Shown piece after piece: positions 58,155 to 64,000 of a DNA stretch of 64,000 nucleotides. The stretch is taken from positions 9,069-73,068 of the forward strand of contig CANRCX010000003.1 in NCBI GenBank assembly GCA_947629235.1, read 5' to 3'. Every line of letters starts with the position of its first letter. Position 1 is the stretch's first letter. A program made the translations under genes and the position numbers. The stretch is from an uncultured Bacilli bacterium (GTDB lineage Bacteria > Bacillota_I > Bacilli_A > RF39 > UBA660). The notes under the pieces were generated by a model. The model saw only the letters and a list, made by a program, of their open reading frames with translations, had not been told where the DNA came from and ran no database searches.

Positions 58155-58993
58155 GGGAAAATTTTTAAACCTTTATTTACAAAATTAGGATAACAATCAA
58201 TTTTGTTTTTAATTAAATTAAATGCCTTATTTTCTTTTTTATATTTTATGTATTGATGTATAGGGTAAGAAAATAAATCAGTAATTTCTAAACCAGCAAA
58301 AGTTGAAGAATGATCATCATACCATTTAGGGTTAAAATATACACCAATTATTTTTGTTTTTAATTCTTTTGTAGAAATTTTATTATTTCCTTTATTATAA
58401 ATAATTTCATAAATATGTTTTAATAATTCTTCATCATCTTTTTTTCCACGTGATTCTAGTATTATAATTCCTTTTTTATAATTATCAGTAGCATAAATAT
58501 ATCTTTCTAATATTAAATCAAATGCTTTTTCATAGATATTATCACTATATCCTTTTTTTATATACTCTTCCATATTGATTGTTACAGAAATAATTTTACA
58601 ATTAATTTTAGATAAAACGTTACTTAAATTAAACATAAAACTATCATAATTAATAATACTATCATTAAATGCGTTATCATGTCGTCTTATATCTCTTGAA
58701 TGAAAACACACATATCTTGATTCATTATGATTATTATCAAAATAATATCCATCTTTCCAATATTTTTCTTTCAATTTACGTATATTATTTCTCATAATGG
58801 AATAATCATATTTTTTAAAAATACAGCCTGTTACTGTAAAATATTTTTCATCATTATCGATTATAATTTCATTTTGAATTTTTTTAGATATATTATTTAT
58901 ACTTCCACTATGTCCATTTTCATCAATAAACATAACATAATCAATATTATTTTTCCAATTTTTAATTTTTTGTGGTTGATTATACCATTCCAT
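58136..58993 (-). CDS. DUF3800 family protein
   Basis: VMFIDENGHSG N-terminal acidic motif and ILESRGKKDDEEL, typical of DUF3800; isolated gene. Confidence 0.6.
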   Translation of the reverse strand: MEWYNQPQKIKNWKNNIDYVMFIDENGHSGSINNISKKIQNEIIIDNDEKYFTVTGCIFKKYDYSIMRNNIRKLKEKYWKDGYYFDNNHNESRYVCFHSRDIRRHDNAFNDSIINYDSFMFNLSNVLSKINCKIISVTINMEEYIKKGYSDNIYEKAFDLILERYIYATDNYKKGIIILESRGKKDDEELLKHIYEIIYNKGNNKISTKELKTKIIGVYFNPKWYDDHSSTFAGLEITDLFSYPIHQYIKYKKENKAFNLIKNKIDCYPNFVNKGLKIFPKEKDE

Positions 58994-59300
58994 TTTTAAT
59001 CATCTCCATATGAATTTTTAATTTTATATACAAAAAAGTAACATATAATAGAGACTTTAAACATAAAAAGACTAATACTAAAAAAGCATTTATTATTAAA
59101 AATTGACTAGCAAAAAAAGCTTAGAAATTAATATTAATTTCAAACTCTATTATATTAAAATAAAAATATTATAAAAAGAATAACTCCTACTAAAAATATT
59201 GTATCATTTAATTTTTATCTTGTAAACAAATTATCAAGTTTATGTATATTTATTTACAAATTAAATTTATTATTATAATATTTAAAATAGAGGTGAAAAT

Positions 59301-59825
59301 ATGAATCCACAAAATAAAACTAAAAAAGAAATAGTAAAAATGTTACTTAAAAACAAATCTCTTGATAATGAAGATGAAAATGATTTAATGGAGATATTAT
59401 TTAATGAACCAATAGCTATTGATGTTGATAAACAAGCAGAAGATTCAGCAACATGGAAAGATAAACTAGCTGATAGTGTAACAGAAAAATGTGGTAGTTG
59501 GGGATTTATAATATCATTTGTAATTATTTTAATCTTATGGATGATTATTAATATAATAATGGACAAATTTTATTATGGCTCTGCATTTGATCCATATCCA
59601 TTTATATTATTAAATCTAGTGTTATCATGTATTGCTGCTATACAAGCACCTATAATCATGATGAGTCAAAATAGGGCAGCTAAAAAAGATTCACTTAGAG
59701 GTAAAAATGATTATAAAACAGATTTAAAAAGTGAATTAATATTAGAAGAATTACATGATCAAATGTCTAAAATACAATCAAATCAAGCTAAAATAATAAG
59801 ATTACTACAAGATGATGATAAATAG
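59301..59825 (+). CDS. DUF1003 family membrane protein
   Basis: GSWGFIISFVIILILWMIIN...FDPYPFILLNLVLSCIAAIQAPIIMMSQNRAAKKD. Confidence 0.75.
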   Translation: MNPQNKTKKEIVKMLLKNKSLDNEDENDLMEILFNEPIAIDVDKQAEDSATWKDKLADSVTEKCGSWGFIISFVIILILWMIINIIMDKFYYGSAFDPYPFILLNLVLSCIAAIQAPIIMMSQNRAAKKDSLRGKNDYKTDLKSELILEELHDQMSKIQSNQAKIIRLLQDDDK

Positions 59826-59836
59826 GAGTAGTAAAA

Positions 59837-61258
59837 ATGAAAAGAAAGAATAAAAGTATATTTTGGTTTTTTATTAAAATGGCTTTCATATTTGTAATTA
59901 TAGATTTTACTATAACTATGATGGCTAATGTATTAACAGGGACATCATTTGTATATAAATATGGAACAGAATTAATAGTTGAAATATTTTATGCATTATT
60001 AGTACTAATAGTTATGCTATTATTTAAAAACTCATATGTATTTACTAATAAACAAGAAAAATTTAAATCTTCTTTATTATTAGGTTTTCCAATGATAATA
60101 GTAGCTATAATAAATTTAACTAGTAGTATACGTAGTTTAACAAGTTTTTCTATACCTAACTTTATAAATGTATTAATCTTTTGTATATTTATTGGTATAG
60201 CTGAAGAATTCTTATGTAGGGGTTGGATACAAAATGAATTTATAGAAAGATATTCTAAAGATAAAAAGAGTGTTATTTTATCAATAGTATTATCATCATT
60301 AATATTTGGACTTATGCATATTACTAATTTAGCAAGTCAAACATTATTAGAAACATTATTACAAATAGTAAATGCTACTGCAGTTGGAGTATTACTTGGA
60401 AGTATATATTATAAAACTAAAAATATTTGGGGAGTTATTTTCTTACATGCATTTTATGATTTTTCTATATTTTTAGGAGAAATGAATTTAATTAAAGATT
60501 GTACTTATAATACACCAACTACAGCAATTATTATTGTTAATTCAATTAACATATTAATAGTTAGTTTATATTGGATATTTAGTGCATTACTTGTAATTAA
60601 AAATACAGATTATAAAGATGAAAAAGCAAATTTAGAAAATAAAAATACTGGTATTAAAGTATCAATAATAGTATTATTTATATTATCATTTGTACCAATA
60701 CAAGCTTTTGTACCTGAATATGATAATTATATGGTATGTTATGATTATGAAGAAATAGAAGGAGCAAAAAATTATGTACTTCATTTTCCAAGTAATAAAA
60801 CATATGAAATAAATGAAACTAGAGAAGACTTAAATTATATAGAAAATGATATTCAAGAAGAAGGTATAGCTGATGATAACTTTGCATTTGAATTAGGGCT
60901 TAAAAAAGATAAATTATATATGAAAAATAAAATTACTGGATATGAAACTATGTTAGATTTTGAAAATGTATATAGCTATGAAATAGTTGAAGATATGGGA
61001 GTATATATGATACTTATAGAAACATATGATACATCATCAACATTATATTATAGTGATTATATAACAAAATATAATATGTCTAATGATAATGAATACTTGA
61101 AAGAATTAAAAGCATCATTTATTAAATTTGATGTACCAGATTTAGAAAGAATTGGTTATATTACAATAGATGGTAAATCTAAAAAATATCCATATGTAGA
61201 ATCAATTGCTAATGATAAATTCATGATAGTAGATAGAAAAATATATCTAGTTAAATAA
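59837..61258 (+). CDS. CPBP family intramembrane glutamic endopeptidase with about 190-aa C-terminal extension
   Basis: GIAEEFLCRGW, FGLMHI, FLHAFYDF motifs. Confidence 0.75.
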   Translation: MKRKNKSIFWFFIKMAFIFVIIDFTITMMANVLTGTSFVYKYGTELIVEIFYALLVLIVMLLFKNSYVFTNKQEKFKSSLLLGFPMIIVAIINLTSSIRSLTSFSIPNFINVLIFCIFIGIAEEFLCRGWIQNEFIERYSKDKKSVILSIVLSSLIFGLMHITNLASQTLLETLLQIVNATAVGVLLGSIYYKTKNIWGVIFLHAFYDFSIFLGEMNLIKDCTYNTPTTAIIIVNSINILIVSLYWIFSALLVIKNTDYKDEKANLENKNTGIKVSIIVLFILSFVPIQAFVPEYDNYMVCYDYEEIEGAKNYVLHFPSNKTYEINETREDLNYIENDIQEEGIADDNFAFELGLKKDKLYMKNKITGYETMLDFENVYSYEIVEDMGVYMILIETYDTSSTLYYSDYITKYNMSNDNEYLKELKASFIKFDVPDLERIGYITIDGKSKKYPYVESIANDKFMIVDRKIYLVK

Positions 61259-61261
61259 AAT

Positions 61262-61294
61262 AAAACAGATACTATTAAGTTAGTATCTGTTTTT
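61262..61294. terminator. bidirectional intrinsic terminator (CPBP gene / rnj)
   Basis: ACAGATACTA ttaagt TAGTATCTGT perfect 10-bp stem flanked by A and T runs. Confidence 0.7.
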
Positions 61295-61296
61295 AA

Positions 61297-62967
61297 CTAT
61301 TTTACATTTAATATCATTGGTATAATCATAGGTCTTCTACCAGTAAGTTCAATTACATAAGAATTTATTTCTAAAATAATTCTATTTTTTAAATCAGTTA
61401 AACTAAAATTATCTTTTTCAAGTTCATTTAATGTAATAATATTTGTTTTATCTTGTATTTTCTTTATTAATTCTTGATTATCATTTACAACTACAAATCC
61501 ACGAGTAGTTATATTTGGTTCAATAACCATTTTTTTATTTTCTAAATCAAGATTTAATATTACAACAAGAACACCATCAGTTGACATTATCTTTCTATCT
61601 TTAATAAGAGAAACACCAACATCACCAATTCTACTACCATCAACATATATATCATTAATAGGAATAGAACCTTTTCTATATACTTCACCATCCTTCATAG
61701 CTAGTATATCTCCATTTTTATTAATAAATGTATTTTCTTCTTTTACATCACATAGAGTAGCTAGATTTGCATGAGATGCTAGCATTCTATATTCACCATG
61801 CATTGGCATAAAATATTTAGGTCTAATAAGTCTTAATAATAATTTAAGTTCATCTTGTCTAGCATGACCACTAGTATGAACATTTGATTCACTTGCATTA
61901 GTATAAACTTTAGCACCTTTTAAATATAATTTATTTATTATTCTATTTATTGACATTGCATTTCCTGGAATAGGGGAAGATGAGAATATTACTGTATCAT
62001 TTGGCATTAATGTAATATTTCTATCATTTCCATTAGCTATTCTTGATAATGCAGCAAGTGGTTCTCCTTGACTACCAGTACAAAGTAAACATACTTTTGA
62101 TGGTGGTAATTTATTTGCTTCTTCGCTACTAATAAATATATCTTTATCTTTTATATATCCACATTCCATAGCAATTTCAATACTTGTATTCATACTTCTT
62201 CCAAATATAACTATTTTTCTATTATTTTCTTTACAAGTTTCAACTATATGAGTAAGTCTATATATATTACTTGCAAATGTAGCAAGAATAATTCTAGAAG
62301 TAGTATTTTCAGCAAATATTTCAGCTAGTGCTTCATCTACAACACTTTCACTATTAGAAAAACCTGGAAGTAGCGCGTTAGTTGAATCTGCTAAAAGTAA
62401 AGTAACACCTTCATTTCCAATTCTAGCCATTTTCCCCATATTAGCAACAGGTCCAATTGGTGTTAAATCAAATTTAAAATCTCCTGTTTCAACAATAGTA
62501 CCATTTTTAGTAGTAATAGCCATTCCAAATGAATCTGGAATAGAGTGAGTAGTTGTAAAAAATTCAATATTAAAATATTTTGTTTTAATAATTAAATCTT
62601 CATTAACTGTTACCATTTTAGGTACTTTTATATTTCTTTCACTTAGTTTATTCTTTATTAATTTACTTGCTATATTAGGTGTATAAATAACAGGTATTTC
62701 TATATTTTGTAATAAGAATGGTATACCACCTATATGATCTTCATGACCATGAGTTATAATTAAACCTTTTATTTTATTTTGCATAGTTTTTAAAATAGAA
62801 TAATCTGCAAGTACATAATCTATTCCCATTAAATCATCTTCTGGAAACATAACTCCACAATCTATAATAAATAACTCATCTTCATGCATTACTACATACA
62901 TGTTTTTACCAACTTCACCAAGCCCACCTAAAGCACAAATTAAAGTTTCCCCATTTTTACTGTTCAT
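61297..62967 (-). CDS. rnj: ribonuclease J
   Basis: LGGLGEVGKNMYV, ITHGHEDHIGG, beta-CASP region, HTSGHARQDELK. Confidence 0.93.
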   Translation of the reverse strand: MNSKNGETLICALGGLGEVGKNMYVVMHEDELFIIDCGVMFPEDDLMGIDYVLADYSILKTMQNKIKGLIITHGHEDHIGGIPFLLQNIEIPVIYTPNIASKLIKNKLSERNIKVPKMVTVNEDLIIKTKYFNIEFFTTTHSIPDSFGMAITTKNGTIVETGDFKFDLTPIGPVANMGKMARIGNEGVTLLLADSTNALLPGFSNSESVVDEALAEIFAENTTSRIILATFASNIYRLTHIVETCKENNRKIVIFGRSMNTSIEIAMECGYIKDKDIFISSEEANKLPPSKVCLLCTGSQGEPLAALSRIANGNDRNITLMPNDTVIFSSSPIPGNAMSINRIINKLYLKGAKVYTNASESNVHTSGHARQDELKLLLRLIRPKYFMPMHGEYRMLASHANLATLCDVKEENTFINKNGDILAMKDGEVYRKGSIPINDIYVDGSRIGDVGVSLIKDRKIMSTDGVLVVILNLDLENKKMVIEPNITTRGFVVVNDNQELIKKIQDKTNIITLNELEKDNFSLTDLKNRIILEINSYVIELTGRRPMIIPMILNVK

Positions 62968-63030
62968 TTTATAATCATTCCCTTCAAAAAGTTAAATCAG
63001 TAATAAACATTATAGCAGAATATTAGATAT

Positions 63031-63059
63031 TTGTCAAAAATTAAGTTTTATATTATAAT
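63031..63059 (+). promoter_or_regulatory. ftsY promoter (TTGTCA-17-TATAAT)
   Basis: TTGTCA 63031..63036, TATAAT 63054..63059. Confidence 0.5.
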
Positions 63060-63112
63060 TATTAAAGAAAGAGAAAATATATTTAATAAAATTATAATAG
63101 TGGGTGATGTTA

Positions 63113-64000
63113 TGGGATTTTTTAGTAAAATTAAAAATATATTTAATAAAAAAGAAGAAGAAATAGAAAATAATGAAGAAGTAACAATAGAAGAAAAACA
63201 AGAAGTAGAAGATACTAATAAATATGTAGAAGGACTTTCTAAATCAAGAGATAACTTTGTTAATAAATTATCAGTATTAGGTATTAAATATACTAAAATT
63301 AGTGAAGACTTTTATGATGAATTAGAAGAAATATTAATAACTGCTGATATTGGTGTTAATACAGTTATGGATTTTGTTGATAAATTAAGAAAAAGAGTTA
63401 AAGAAGAACATATAGAAGATTTTGAATATTTAAAAGAAGTAATTGTAGATGAATTATTTATGATATATGTAGGAGATCAAATATTATCATCTAAATTAAA
63501 TCTAGTAGATAATACAACTAATGTAATATTATTTGTTGGTGTAAATGGTGTAGGTAAAACTACAAGTATAGCAAAAATAGCTAATAGATTAAAACAAGAA
63601 GGTAAAAAAATAATGCTAATAGCAGGGGACACATTTAGAGCAGGAGCAGTAACACAATTAGATGAATGGGCTAAAAAAATAGGTGTATCCTTTTATGGAG
63701 ATGATAGAAAAGATCCATCTGCTGTTATATATGATGGACTAAAAAAAGCTAAAGAAGAAAATTATGATGTAGTACTTGTTGATACAGCAGGAAGACTTCA
63801 AAATAAAGTTAATTTAATGAAAGAACTTGAAAAAATGAATAGAGTTATTAGTGAAATAATACCAAATAATCCAATTGAAACATTACTTGTAATAGATGCT
63901 ACTACTGGACAAAATGGAATTAGTCAAGCTAAAAGCTTTAAAGAAATTACTAATATTACAGGAATAGTATTAACTAAACTTGATGGTACTGCTAAAGGTG
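63113..64000 (+). CDS. ftsY: signal recognition particle receptor FtsY, 3' end outside window
   Basis: Not in the ORF track because there is no stop in the window. ATG 63113 gives MGFFSKIKNIFNKKEEE..., an acidic N-domain, FVGVNGVGKTTSIAK, GDTFRAGA, DTAGRLQNK, and remains in frame to nt 64000. Confidence 0.92.

Noticed and set aside
55873-59300. Genomic island integrated at tRNA-Ala (tRNA followed by DUF3800)
   Set aside because: There is no integrase, no direct repeat of the tRNA 3' end, and the intervening gene is the core argS with its T-box. Only the single DUF3800 gene looks accessory.
8529-59566. Antisense or shadow ORFs listed in the track (8529..8732, 9272..9502, 19915..20097, 29975..30196, 30187..30378, 30890..31084, 30957..31166, 32977..33246, 33765..33986, 35420..35728, 37955..38143, 42645..42902, 52243..52506, 58727..58999, 59282..59566)
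   Set aside because: Each lies opposite or out of frame within a longer gene that has clear homology or motifs. All have I/L/F/S-rich composition typical of antisense reading of AT-rich coding DNA, and none has a Shine-Dalgarno.
1-64000. CRISPR arrays, rRNA genes, transposases or IS elements, long direct or inverted repeats
   Set aside because: None was seen on reading. The only repeated strings are the short zinc-ribbon gene starts, the low-complexity N/T tract and the operator-like 9-mers. This was a visual scan only, so short diverged repeats could have been missed.

Overview
This is a very AT-rich chromosomal segment from a spore-forming low-GC Firmicute. It carries a gerA-type germinant receptor operon and cotE, and TGA is used as a stop codon, so the standard code applies. 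All calls rest on reading the sequence and ORF track by eye; no searches were run.

Most of the window is core genes, several in B. subtilis-like blocks:
- Wall-teichoic-acid locus: LCP, three TagB/TagF paralogs, tagD, two GT2 genes, tagGH, HAD.
- rpsP plus a KH protein; gerXA-XC-XB divergent from cotE; DHHW plus MBOAT; a DHH phosphoesterase; prs.
- A zinc-ribbon/DUF2628 protein plus PrsW; tsaC-trxB; uvrB; miaB; priA-fmt.
- gpsB-rnpB-rodZ-pgsA-recA; vanY; tRNA-Ala; T-box-argS; DUF1003; a CPBP protease; RNase J; ftsY.

Items not explained by housekeeping annotation, strongest first:
1. A self-contained four-gene operon (22476-28033) with a consensus promoter and a terminator. It encodes two unknown proteins, a coiled-coil protein ending in a CobS/MoxR-type AAA+ module, and a CobT-like vWA protein lacking the MIDAS motif.
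2. A 1644-aa repeat-module protein (49755-54689), translationally coupled to a ProA-like protein that appears to lack its catalytic cysteine.
3. Two orphan promoter-plus-terminator small-RNA candidates. One is a three-hairpin RNA on the minus strand (1048-1182) with strand-specific G-U pairs. The other (58080-58154) converges on and overlaps the 3' end of a DUF3800 gene.
4. A run of three zinc-ribbon-anchored membrane proteins around a clostripain-like C11 peptidase (29723-33967).
5. A T-box leader upstream of argS whose canonical specifier position reads UGA, not an Arg codon.

A yafQ-dinJ toxin-antitoxin pair is also present. I saw no CRISPR array, rRNA, transposase or integrase.
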